The notes under the pieces: generated by a model
Seen by the model: the letters and a program-made list of their open reading frames with translations, nothing else
Told to the model about the DNA's origin: nothing
Database searches by the model: none
IMG/VR virus record: IMGVR_UViG_3300032214_001346
Coordinates: 29,413 to 93,412 of that record
Strand: one strand, 5' to 3'
Source of the DNA: a virus
Length of the DNA: 64,000 bases
Part shown: piece by piece, positions 47,029 to 59,300 of the stretch
Numbering within the stretch: the first letter of the stretch is position 1
Layout: each line of letters starts with the position of its first letter
Translations under genes and position numbers: made by a program

Positions 47029-48132
47029 ATGCCACAATTTGAGTTTAGCAGGTTAAAATCTGTTATTGCCAACCTCACTAACACTGTTATTAGTGCAGGT
47101 ACGCAAGTAGAAAGAGATGATGTTGCTGAAGAATCTAACTTTTTACCTTTCAATCACGCCAGTATCACGCCTGTAATTTTCGTGGTGGCTGGTTGTAACT
47201 TGGCTACTACTGGCACTATTACTACTAACTTGGCTAATGGCTTCGCTAACGTTCGTGTTGGTGATGCAATATCTTTGACCGTTGCTGGTACTGGTCCAGG
47301 AGCAATGCTTGATACTACAGTTGCTAGTGTTGTTAGTCTTACTCAGATTACCGTTGCTGGTACAATTACGGCTGCAAGTACAGGCAATAGTTCCACTGTA
47401 ACCATTACCCCACGGGTAGCCAATTGTATATTGACTGCAAACAGCACTACTATAACCACCAATGCAGTTAATGGTTTTGACCGTATTCAACCTGGTGATA
47501 GTGTTACTTGGTTTAGTGGTACTGGTAGTATTCCTGCTAATACAACAGTATTATCTGTGCCTAACACAACTACTATAGTTGTTAGCGCTGCCCCTGGTGC
47601 AGGTACAGCTACTTTAAGCTTTTCTGCTGTAATTGGTGGATGTACTGTACCCGCAGGAGTAAACCCAGTAGTAACTACAACTGTACCTTTTGGGTTTAGT
47701 CGTGTTCGTCCTGGTGACACTGTTGCCTTTGCTACTGGATTAAATGGTGGGGCTGTATTAGGTACAGCCACAGTTGTAACTGCTGTTAATAGTGCTACTT
47801 CCATCACGTTGGGTAGTGCTATTAGCGCGGCTGGTACAGTAACTAATGGAACTTCAACTACAGCCACAACCACTGGACAAACTTCATCTTTAGTCTTTAC
47901 CCCAGTGGCGATCGCTCCTACTGCATGGGCGATTAGATTACTGTACCAAAGAAACGGCTCTGTGGTGACTATTCGCCCAACTGTGTACTTGTATGATGGT
48001 AGTTTAGGCATTGTTACTGGGACTGCTACTAATGCTACTGCTGCTATTAGTCTTTCTGATTCTCAGAATAATGTACCAACTGTTGATTTAGATACTTTTT
48101 ACAATGCAATCCGTGTTACTCGCAGTGTTTAA
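47029..48132 (+). CDS. Virion structural protein with three internal beta-rich repeats
   Basis: GC...TITT...GF..V..GD.V repeated three times. Confidence 0.6.
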   Translation: MPQFEFSRLKSVIANLTNTVISAGTQVERDDVAEESNFLPFNHASITPVIFVVAGCNLATTGTITTNLANGFANVRVGDAISLTVAGTGPGAMLDTTVASVVSLTQITVAGTITAASTGNSSTVTITPRVANCILTANSTTITTNAVNGFDRIQPGDSVTWFSGTGSIPANTTVLSVPNTTTIVVSAAPGAGTATLSFSAVIGGCTVPAGVNPVVTTTVPFGFSRVRPGDTVAFATGLNGGAVLGTATVVTAVNSATSITLGSAISAAGTVTNGTSTTATTTGQTSSLVFTPVAIAPTAWAIRLLYQRNGSVVTIRPTVYLYDGSLGIVTGTATNATAAISLSDSQNNVPTVDLDTFYNAIRVTRSV

Positions 48133-48176
48133 TTTTTTTGTTTACACTTATTTTGTAATTGCTTAGGAGTTTATAA

Positions 48177-48938
48177 ATGGCTTTAGCTAATCGTCCGGTT
48201 CAGACCGTAATTCTCCAAAACTTTGCTCTTGACTTAAAAATGTTGGGAGAGAACAACCGCAATCTTAGTGTGACTACTTTGACTTGTGGACTTGGTGCTT
48301 TAGAAGGTGCTACTAGTATTAATGTTACCGCTACTACTGGTGTTAATTATACTATTGCTGCTGGTACTGCCCTTTCTTTTGTTGCTCCCACTAGTCCATT
48401 GGGGCGAGTAGAAGTATTGTTACTAGTTAATGCTACTTTATCAGGTACTTCTACTATATCTTTAACAATTGCACCTCTTTTAGATTCTATTGCAGCTAAC
48501 TCTACTGCTAGATTAGTTCAAGATATGTTCCCTGTACTAGGAATTACCAATCTTGGTCCTCAACTTAGTCCCACTGTGGTGGACACTACTCACGCCCAAT
48601 CTGGTAGTGGTACTAGTTCTGCTATTGTCCGTACTAAAAGAGAACTTACTGTAGAAGGCATTGAGTACGTCGGTGACGTTGCTTTAGAACAATTTGTTAA
48701 ACGGACATTCTTTGACCCTATATATATGAATCGGGAATTGTACGCGATCGCTACTTACCCCAATGGCTCAAAACTGGAAGGTGCATCTAAAGTAACGGCT
48801 TTGACTATGCCAGCAACACAGATGGAAGTCATGAAATATACTTTCACTTTAGAGTTTCAAGATGAGATATTCTGGACCCCTGCTTACTACGCTTCTGGTG
48901 GTGCTGCTAATGGATTCCCCAATTACAACCCTAACTAA
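48177..48938 (+). CDS. Major tail tube protein
   Basis: Position; EVMKYTFTLEFQ C-terminal pattern. Confidence 0.7.
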   Translation: MALANRPVQTVILQNFALDLKMLGENNRNLSVTTLTCGLGALEGATSINVTATTGVNYTIAAGTALSFVAPTSPLGRVEVLLLVNATLSGTSTISLTIAPLLDSIAANSTARLVQDMFPVLGITNLGPQLSPTVVDTTHAQSGSGTSSAIVRTKRELTVEGIEYVGDVALEQFVKRTFFDPIYMNRELYAIATYPNGSKLEGASKVTALTMPATQMEVMKYTFTLEFQDEIFWTPAYYASGGAANGFPNYNPN

Positions 48939-49177
48939 TGAAGGTTCTCAAAGATAGCACTGGGTTATTAGCTGTCTTAATTAACTGCCGCATGGATGAG
49001 GATAGGTTGCTATGCGGTGCGGCAGTTTTTAGAGGAGGGCTGTCAGGGCAAATTACCGTTTCTGATCGCTACTCCTCTTATCAAGTCAAGATTCCTGATT
49101 CCGTTAAACAGGTGGCAACCTATCAACTTTTAGCAGATTCCCAAGATAATTTAGAGATTGAATTATGCGCCCAATAA
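48938..49177 (+). CDS. Hypothetical tail-region protein
   Basis: Translationally coupled ORF. Confidence 0.55.
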   Translation: MKVLKDSTGLLAVLINCRMDEDRLLCGAAVFRGGLSGQITVSDRYSSYQVKIPDSVKQVATYQLLADSQDNLEIELCAQ

Positions 49178-50028
49178 TTAACAAAAAAGCCAAGTATGAA
49201 GTTATTCCCGTGGGTAATGAGTCTACGGGAATTATCTATTTAGAAAAACGCGGTTCTTTGAGCGTCGGTGAAGCTAGGGACATTGATAGCATTGATGCTA
49301 AACGTCAAAAAGCTGCTATTATCGCGTCTAAGCTGGTTAAAAAGATTTCTGTAGACCGTGGTGTCACAATTGCAGAAGCCCAAGAATTACTTTCTCCTAC
49401 TCGGTCTGCTGATGGTGCGACTGAAGTTGATAACTCTGATGTCATTTACGACTACATTGAAGACTTCACTGAACTAAATGCTCTGAGTTCTATTGACAGT
49501 GCCTCTGTGTCCATTTCAGTGGCTACCCTGTTCATTAAGAAACGGGTGGCTTTCCCAGTGGAACTCACATCATCAGTACCTTTCAATTCCACAAGTATTT
49601 CCGTTGCTTCAACCCACTTCCCATTACAGGATGGACAAGTAATTCGCTTCGGCGATTGTTTAGTCACTGTGTTGGGCAACTATCAACCCTCAGACACAGG
49701 ATTGATACTTAGAGTTCAGCCTGTATCTGAAAATCTACCCATGACTGTAGGGTTTCTTTACAATAACTCAACCAAGTCTTACGTAGTTGGTACAGATGAG
49801 TGGTCTGAAGAAGACACTAAGGACTGTAGTGATGAATTTGTATCTGCTATCTACAAATTCTATGAGAACGAGCGTAGTCGTTGGAAGGTAGAACCAGAAT
49901 CAGCACCCGCACCTGTAACTGAGGGGGAGCAGCTACCAGTTCTTCAGTTGACTGGGGAAGTATTTACTGGCGAATCCAATCCTACCGAGTTTCTGACCCC
50001 AGATTTAGAGACTGGGATAGTTTCTTAG
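49165..50028 (+). CDS. Tail assembly chaperone (gpG-like)
   Basis: Between tail tube and tape measure genes; GGGGGAG slippery site near 49923. Confidence 0.7.
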   Translation: MRPIINKKAKYEVIPVGNESTGIIYLEKRGSLSVGEARDIDSIDAKRQKAAIIASKLVKKISVDRGVTIAEAQELLSPTRSADGATEVDNSDVIYDYIEDFTELNALSSIDSASVSISVATLFIKKRVAFPVELTSSVPFNSTSISVASTHFPLQDGQVIRFGDCLVTVLGNYQPSDTGLILRVQPVSENLPMTVGFLYNNSTKSYVVGTDEWSEEDTKDCSDEFVSAIYKFYENERSRWKVEPESAPAPVTEGEQLPVLQLTGEVFTGESNPTEFLTPDLETGIVS

Positions 50029-50321
50029 ACCAGCCTATTCACGTAGTATTTGAGTGCATTGAGGCACTTGAACAACACCGGAGGGAACAGGCTAATATTG
50101 AGGGACGGGTTCATGCAATCGGCTGGACGGGATTGTTTAACGGGTTCAAAAAAGACACTGACCCCAACATGGAGTTTATTGATTTGCTACCCTTTCCTGA
50201 CGATATTAGAGGCGATACCCGCAAGATTAGCCAAGCAACGGAAAACATTGTTAAGGATATTATCAAAAACAATCGGTTGCCCGCTCCGGTTCTATCAGCT
50301 TTGAATCTGCTACTTTCTTGA
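49923..50321 (+). CDS. gpGT-like -1 frameshift extension of the tail chaperone
   Basis: -1 frame open from 49923 to 50321 (VDWGSIYWRIQSY...LLPFPDD) with no upstream ATG. Confidence 0.65.
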   Translation, partial: GGAATSSSVDWGSIYWRIQSYRVSDPRFRDWDSFLDQPIHVVFECIEALEQHRREQANIEGRVHAIGWTGLFNGFKKDTDPNMEFIDLLPFPDDIRGDTRKISQATENIVKDIIKNNRLPAPVLSALNLLLS

Positions 50322-50374
50322 TTACAGATTAATATTCTTAGTCTGTAATCTTTTTCTTTATAGGAGTTAATATT

Positions 50375-53300
50375 ATGAATTTAGGTGAATTAATTGTAGA
50401 GTTATCTGCTGATTCTTCTGAGCTAGAAAAGACTTTGGAACGGGCTAAGAAGAATGCTTATGAAGCGGCAAAAGCAGTAGAAAAAAGCTTTGCAGATATT
50501 GAATTAAAGATTGGGGTTGACGATGATAGCTTAACCGACTTAAACGAACACTTAAATTTAAAAGTAAAGCATCTTAAAGAAGTTAATAAGTATTTTAATA
50601 ATAATCCTATTGTTGTTAATGTTGATGATAAAGAATTAACTGATTTGAATAAGCACTTAAATTTAAAATTAAAGTTCTTTAAAGAAGTTAATAAGTATTT
50701 TGATGATAATCCAATTAAAGTTAATACTGATACTAAAAGTCTTGATGAATTAGAAGATCACTTAAAGAAGCTTTCAGACAAAACTATTACTATTACTGTT
50801 GAATCAGAACTAAGTAAGCAATTAGAAAAAAGCTTGGTTGATGCTGTTAAAAATGCTGTTAAAGAAGGAATGGAACAACAGACTTCAGCATCAGAAGCGT
50901 CGCCCGAAAAAGGTAAAAGCATGGGTCGCATTGTTGCTGAAGGTATGTTTAGTAAATTCGGCGAAGATATTATGCGCGGATTATCTCAAGGGTTAAAAGA
51001 CGTTAGCGGCGCAGACGTTGAAACTATAGCTAGAGTAACTTCTAACGTGATTTTGCGATATGCCGGAGCGGGCAAAGAAGCGCAAAACGATCCTCGTAAC
51101 AGTAACAAAAAGTTCACTGAAATTACTAAAGACGCTTTAGAAGCCATTATTAGACAGTATGAGCAAGAGGCTATGGGGCTAGGTAGTATTGCTCCAAATA
51201 AAACTGCAAATGAGTCTGGTAAAAAGCAGCCAAAAACCGCAGAATCATCTAATAAAAAAACAGAAAAAAAGTTAAATAATATTGCTGAAAATGCAATTTT
51301 TGATCTCTTTTTGGGCGGTAATTTATCACAAAATATAATAAAAAACTTAGCTCTTAAAACGGTACAAAAGACTTTGAAAACACTATTACCACATACTTAT
51401 TCAACAGTTGAAAACTTAACTTCAAGTACAACACAAACTACCTCCACTGAATTAAAGCTTGGTCAAGCTGCAACTAGTTTACAAAATGCTGCTCAATCAT
51501 TGAATAATGCAGCTAATACATTAAATAATTCTGTGTCTGCTACAGATTTGATAACAACTACAGCAGTAATACAATCACCTGTAGAAGAAATTCAACCCTT
51601 AAATGTTCCTTTGCTTCCTCCTTCAAAAGCTAAGAAGCCAAAGCCAGAACTTGAATTAGTACCTATTGAAAATACAGCAGAAGTAGCACAAGAGCAACTA
51701 AAACAACATATTAAATCAATAAGATCAAATACATTTCAAAACCTTCATCAATCTAGGCAATATGCTGACGCAAGTGCTAAAGAAAATAATGATAAATTAA
51801 TACCTTTAGAGCCAATAAAAGCTAAAAAAATAGATAATATAAAAGTACAAAAAGAGATGTCTTTAGAAAATATTAAAGCTTCTTTTAAAGCGATAAATCA
51901 ATATTTTGCTGAAGAATATAATAAATTAACGGCTGAACTTAAACAGGTTAAAAAAACAGGAACTCCAGCAGAAATTAAAGCCACAAGAGAGAGGTTTAAA
52001 AAGTTTATAGCCAATAGTAACTCTGCAATAAAAGATATAGATGATACTATTATAAAAGCGAAAGAAACTGGTTTTGAGTCACATATTAACAGCGATCTTA
52101 CTGATGTTTATAGAAAGGGGAAAGGAGAGATAAGGAATAGACAACAAAGAGCTATTCACTCAGAAGGCGACCTTAATTACACAGAAAAAGATATTTTTGA
52201 AAAGCAACGAAAAGGCTATGTTGATTTAGCTCAAAGACTAGGTATTGATATTGACGCAGGATTAGCAAAAGGTGTTAAGCATGGCACTAATGGTGTGTCA
52301 GATGAAGCCAGGAAGATGCTTGATGACTTAATTGAAACTGTTGAAGCTAAGATGAAAATCCAGTCTCCATCTTTGGTGATGTTTGAGATTGGGATGATGA
52401 TAGCTTCTGGGTTGTTTCTTGGGATGCAAAAAGGGAACAGCAAAGTTGCAATAGGAGCTAGACAGCTTGTAAGCACTGTTAAAGATGCTGTGGGTTCAGC
52501 CAAGGAAATTCTTGAACCAGCATTGGCTATTGGTGGTCTTATACCGGGTGTGTCTACTGCGGCCACTTATGGGGGTGTAGGACTAGCCGCAGCTGATTCT
52601 GGGCTAAAGATGCTTGACAAAGTAGGGGAACGGCACGCTGCTAATCCTACACAAACATTATTTCAGTCTGCGTTTGAGTCTGGAAAAGATTTTATTACTG
52701 AGTTAAGGGCTGACAAGACACTTACCAAGCCTAGAGAAGCATTTGATCATTTTATTAATTTAAGCAAAGCAGGTGCAGCTACTTTCGGTGTAAACTCATT
52801 TACTGCTTTTGATGCGGCTCAGTCTGGTATGACAGCACTTTTAAGAAGTGGTGCAATAGGAAAAGCAGTAGCCCAATCTCATGGGGAAACTAAGACCAGG
52901 TTAGCAAAAGATCCGTCTCTTGATTACATGACTACTTATAAAGCAGTTCTTACAGAGAAATTAAAAGATTTAAAGCTGACTAAACCTGAGATTATCAAAG
53001 CTATTGGTAGTGCATTAAAAGTAGTTCCTACTGGTTTTGGTACAGCAGCTAATTCCGCTGCTGAAACCGCAGGGATGGTACTTGCTGATGGCATAAATGC
53101 TTTGACTATCCCCAGAGATTTATACAGGAATATTGCAACAAAAACTGCTAAAGGTGCAACTTATCAACAGGCGATCGCAGAATCAATTACTGATTTAGGC
53201 GCACCCACTCAAGTAGCTGATGTCATTGGTAGCTTTGGGGACAAACACAGCGTTTCCTTAAATGCTTTTGCTCGCATGAGTGGCAACGTAGTTGAAAACA

Positions 53301-56300
53301 TTAATAGAAGTCTTATTAATACCGTTGCAGCTTCATCTAAGGCTGTGAGTGTTAGCACTAATGCTGTAAGTAATCAAGTTAAAAAGAATATGGGTCATTT
53401 GCCTAGTCAGCAACCAATAAGTAAATCTGACTCAGGAAATGTTACCAGTGCTGCTGTAGCCTCTGGTAATGCTTCTTCCAAGCCATTTACGTCCATAGGC
53501 GGAAATATTATGAAAGGACTGGGTAAAGGAATGGCGGACAGTATTGGAAGTGTTACTAAAGTTATGGACAATGCTGGTAATGCAATTCAATCCCAGATTA
53601 AGCAGAATATGGGCATCAGTTCACCATCGAAGGTGATGATAGCATTGGGTTTAATGATAACATCGGGGTTGGCTATAGGGATTAAAAAAGGAGCAATAAA
53701 TGTTGATGGCTCAATGGAAGCAGTTGTTGGTAGTATCAGTTCTGGAGTAAAAAAATACACAAATATTAGACAATTTTTTGTTCAAAGTTTAAACAAAAAT
53801 CCAAATAATGTAATCTCTCAATTAATCCAGTCACTAAAAAAAGATTTTGGCAGTAATACTATTTTAGGAAATGTATTTAATAGTGCCATGTCTGCATTTG
53901 GTAAAGGTGGTGGACTAAAAGATATAAGTGTTAATTTCATATCTTCTTTTGGTAAAGGTGTATTAGCGTCTACTGGTGGTGTAATAGGAATAGTAAGTAA
54001 CTTTGCAAGTTCTGTTATAGGTGCAATCAAAAAAGTGTTTGGGATTGCGTCACCTTCTAAAATCATGATGGCAATAGGCTTGATTTTTGGTAATAGCTTT
54101 AAAGTTAAGGCTTTAAGTGCTTTATTGAGTGCCAAATTAGCAATTTCTCAAGTAATGAATGACATTGTTGATAATATTAGAAATATAGTGTCATCCCAAC
54201 CACCCGTTACACCACCAAAGCTTAAGAAAAAAACTTTATTTAATATGTTTGCTGACTTAAGCACCGCAGATGTTCTGGGCGCAACTCATAGATTTATCTC
54301 GCCTATACTGCCGAAACACCTGCAATCAAATGATGTTGAGTTCTATAAGCAATTATATCAAGGACAAAACACTCCTGGTACAATTTTAAAGAATACATTT
54401 GATGAGATTAAGTCTAATATTAAACCTGGCGGCTTAATAGATGGATACTTAAAGCTAGGTACTGACTTGGCGACAAATATCTTTACAGCAGTTAGCACAA
54501 GTCTTCATCAAACCACTTTATCTGGTTACGCTTCACTAGGTCAAACAATGCGGAATGCTGTTAATGCAGCTTTGTTTTCTTTAGCGGACACGCTTAAACA
54601 ACCACTGCATCAGGCTTTGCTGTCTCAAACCAGGAGTATATTGCCTTGGTTCTTAAAATTTATACCTCGAAGTTTTCAGCTACTTCCTAAATTGAGTTTT
54701 GCTGTGCCATTGGTAGGGGGATTAGCATTAAAGCTTGGCAATTCAATTGTTAAGAATTTACTGGAAAACAATATTTTGAAAGAAGGCGGTTTTTTAACAA
54801 ATTTACTGAGTTCTATTATTAGAATAAATCTTCCAGCACTACCTGGCGTTAAAAAATCAAATTTAATAAAAGGATTAGGAGATGTATTATCACCACTTCC
54901 TTTTTTGATGACTGCATCACCAATTAGTGGTCTTCCTTTGCCTTTTTCTTCGCTTATTTCTTCGCTTGTAGCAGAACCTGGATCTCACTATAGAGGACTC
55001 AAAAATACTGACCTTAAAAAGAAAGCTCCTACTGTTGAACAAGTTTTACAAAATCAAACTCAAGTTAACAGAGAAAAAGCCCAATTGCGTGATGTTGCAG
55101 GTACTCAAGCCAGCAAAGAATTTATAGAGAATTTAGGAAATACTTTGTTGGACAAAGTATTGATCAACCTTGATATTCCTGTGATTCCTAGATCAGTTGT
55201 ACAGGGATTAGTTGGTAAAAAACTAGGAGAGGAGTCAGGGAGCTTGGCAAATATTCTTAACTCTATAGGTATTCAAAAAAGTAAAGCTGAACAAGTATTA
55301 ACACGGAATCTTGAATCAGGTAACACAAAAAGATTAGATAGACTTACAAAGCAAATACTGAGAGAGCGTGGTGTCACTAAATCTGTTCGTGATGCTATGA
55401 CACCGGAACAATTAGCCGCAGCCCGTGACAACGTACTCAACAATCCTCTTGATATAACCAAAAAAGAACGTGATTTTTTGCGATTTGAAGGAGATTTGGA
55501 AGCTAATATAGGCAAAAAAGGATTTGATATTACACAGAGAACAAGAGAAGCCAAGCTTATCCGCATTCTTAGAGAGCGTGGAGTTAGTAATGCAGAGATA
55601 AAAAATATTAGGCAATCCAATGGACTGAACGATCTTGCGGCTGATTTAGTTGCCAACCCCCGTACTGGTAGCTTTATAGGTAAGCTCACAGAAGCTTACG
55701 CTAGTAATGACCAGGATGCAATGAAGGAACTGGTCAAGCAAGGGTTAAGAAAAACTGGGATGTCTGCTAAACAGATTGATGCTATTGACCCCAAGCTTTT
55801 GGACACAGCCACCGCAGGGTTAATGACTACTTTGTCTGGACTACAGGCTAAGTTCAGGGAAAAAGGCTTTGACATGGGTAAAGCTTTGGCTAAGGGATTG
55901 AAAGACTCAATGGTGAATTTAGCTAATGCTAAAGATGACTTGGAGTACACCGCCAAAAAAGCCATGGGACAAGTTAATCTTAGCGATTCAATCAAATTGA
56001 TAAAGAACCGCATTTTAAGGGGTACAGCAGCGACTCAAGAACAATTTACGGAAATGTACAACCAGATGGGATCTAAGTTCAAAAATAAATTGTTTGGTGA
56101 CTCTAAAGAAGGCGATGACATATTCCCTAGTGTCCTTCAATTTATGGGTTCAATCGCTACAACCTTTGCACCAATTACCACTATGATAGGTGCAATTACG
56201 CCATTATTATTACCTTTAGCCCCAATTATTACAGGTATAGGCATGGCTGTAAACATGGTTGCACCTCACGTAGCTAAATTAATAGATGGTATTCAAAGGG

Positions 56301-59300
56301 TTGAAATATTACAAAGAAGATTCAAGTTTTTAGGCGGATCAACAGAAGGCGGAAAAGCGGAACTTAATTACGCAAAAGATATTGCTGGCAAACTTAATGT
56401 ACCTTCAGAAGTAGCTGCTAACTCCTATTCTCAAATAGCGATCGCAGCTAAAGACAGCAAGATGGAAGGTCAAGGGGTTAAGGAACTATTTGAAGGCATC
56501 ACTTCATCTTTAAGTGCGTTAGGTATCACCGGTCAGGATGCTAGTCTGGTATTTATGGCATATACGCAGATATTAGCTAAAGGTAAGCTGTCTATGGAAG
56601 AGCTTAGGCAGCAGTTAGGCGAAAAGTTCCCACCTGCTATGGCTACGTTCGCTAAAGCCATGGGTGTGACTATTCCTGAAATGAATGAACTGGTAGCGTC
56701 TGGTAGTATCTTATCTCAAGATATTTTACCTAAAGTAGCCAAAGTATTAAAAGAAGATTATGGTAGTGCTGCTTCTGATCAAGCTGGGGGACTGGTAGTT
56801 GCGCTCAACAAATTAGGTAATGTGGGTTTTGAGATTACAACAATATTTGCGGATCAGATTGGGGGTACTTTAGGATTTTTTGTTGATCTTTTTGCCAATA
56901 TCTTGGGACTACTTAAAAACACACTCAATGAATTAATACCATTGGCTCAATCTTTTATGATTGGCTTTGCAACTTCAATTGCAATAGGACTAACAGTTAT
57001 TCTTACTCAACTTAACCCTTTTGTAGTTGCAATGAAGAGTTTGCAAGCATTCTTGTTAGCTACTTTTTCTGCTATTACTACTAATATGATGCCAATGGTT
57101 GTTGGTATACTGTCTGACGTTGGTGATGGTTGGCTAGGCGCAGAAAGAAATCTCATGGACAATATGGTTCAAGGTGTCAGTAACATGATTATCACTGTGT
57201 TTAGCACTATAGACACTGTTATGCGCTCCATGAGCGACCATCAATTTTCTTTTGGTACAGTTTTCGGTGGCTTAATCCAAGGAGCAGAACAAGCTGGTAG
57301 TATCATAGACTGGCTTAAAGGGGTATTTGCAGGTTTCTTTAAAATTCTTCCTTCTGGGATTGTAGAGATACTAGCTATAGTATTCATGCTAGAGCAAGCC
57401 ATAGCTTTAGCTGTGATGGCTCTGTGGCCTGCTGTTACAAAACTATGGGGTGGCTTTACAGGTATGTTTAAAGCATCATGGACGGCATTCCGAGGTGTAA
57501 TGGGAACTATCAAAGGCGTTACTGAACTAATGATGACATCTTCTGCTCTTGGTTCTCAAGTAGTGGATCAGACAGAAGCTAGGACACTAAAGAGGGTTTC
57601 GGCGATAAATGCTTCTTTAGCATTTTTAAAGCAAGCACTGTTACATTTTGGCGTAGCTTACGCTGTTTTGATGTTTTCTAAAGGTGATTTTAGCGACCCA
57701 TTGCGAGAATCAATTAATAAATCTACCGCAGACATTAATAAACATTTAAATCAAGTCAGATTAAACATCAACCAAACCACCGAAGCGTTTAATAAAGCCA
57801 CTAAATCTGTAGAGAAACTTGGTAATACGATCACCCATGCTTTACCGGCTAAAGGGGTGCAATTAGACGTTAGAAGTCTCTGGGGTGGTGGTGACTGGAA
57901 ATGGGACGACGCAGTACGGGATACTAACGCGAAATACAGACAAGGTGGTTCAGGTCCAAGCGCAATGGATGTTATAGGAACTGGTGCTTTATATGCCGGA
58001 GGTGCTGGGTATGCCGCTGCTGCCGGATCTAAAGCAATAAAAGCAATTGTAGACCTTGCAGTAAAAACAGCCCCAATCTTAGCCTCAAATGCAGCATTAG
58101 GGTCGGCGCCTGGATCACGCATGGCTGTTCCTCTTTTCGGCAGACTTGCTACAGCAATAGCTCCTGTGGTTGCCATAATGGGTCCATGGGGTTTAGCGAT
58201 CGCAGGTCTTATAGCTACTATTGTTGCAGTTGGTGTGGCATTAGATGCGTTTGCTCCTAAGATTACTAAAGCGCAATTAAAGGAGTTGCCAGAAGAAATT
58301 AAACAGATTATTAACGCTAAGGAAGTTGGTGAAAGGCTAGATTCTGCGTCTTTACAAGTTATTAAGCTTTACAAAGATCAGCAACTCAGCAACGAAAGAT
58401 TAAAAGAGTTTATGGCTTCAATTGGTTTAGACGGGAAAAACCCTTATGGCTTTGTTGCCCGACCAGTTGTACCCATGACACAGGAACAGAAGGAAAGATT
58501 TGAAAAGGAGATCCCTGTACAAAACATTACTAAAAGTATAGAAGACAAAAAAGCGTCGCTTCAGGAACTAGAAAAAAATGCAGGAACTACAGAAACAGAA
58601 AAGTCAAAAGCAAGATCCAAACAAGGGTATAAAACAGTCCAAGAAGAGCTTACTAAATTGGAGAAAGATAAGCTGTTAATGCAATTATCTTTTATGGCTA
58701 ATTATGACAATAAGTCAAGAATGGATGCAATTGATGAGGAGATTAAAAAGAAAGAAGCGGAAATACGCAAAGCCGTTGAACAAGTCCCAGAATCAACACC
58801 TTGGATTGTTTCTTCTTATGAAGGACTTGGTGGTTTTGCTCCAGTCAATAAGCCAGTTGTTCCAAAAGATTTAAAACCAAAAGAAGACTTAGAGAAACTA
58901 CAAAAAGAAAAAGCCGCTTTACAAATAAATATTAACGCTTCAGCGCAACGCAGAGTTAACTATGATGCAATTAAGAAAATTGATGTTGACATTGAAAAAA
59001 CCGCTGCTGAATTTGTTAAAGCTAGTAATCAATTAGCAGTCAACCCCAATGACAAGCTACGCAATAAAGCAGGGTTAGCAAAAGAACGTATCGCGCAGCT
59101 ACAAAAACAAAGACAGAAATTAGTTGATGAGTTTGGCGATCCTACACCAGCAATTAAGCAAATGCTGGAAGTAACCAAGAGGGAAATAGAGAAAACTTTA
59201 TCTGATTCAAGCATCACTTCTCAGCAAAGGAAGGTGACAGTACAGCAATTAAGGAAAACACAGGAGACACTTGAAAAGTCATTAGCAGAAGCGGAAAAGT

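Noticed and set aside
50050-50304. 84-aa ORF as the tail chaperone extension
   Set aside because: The protein-like continuation is in the -1 frame ending at 50321.
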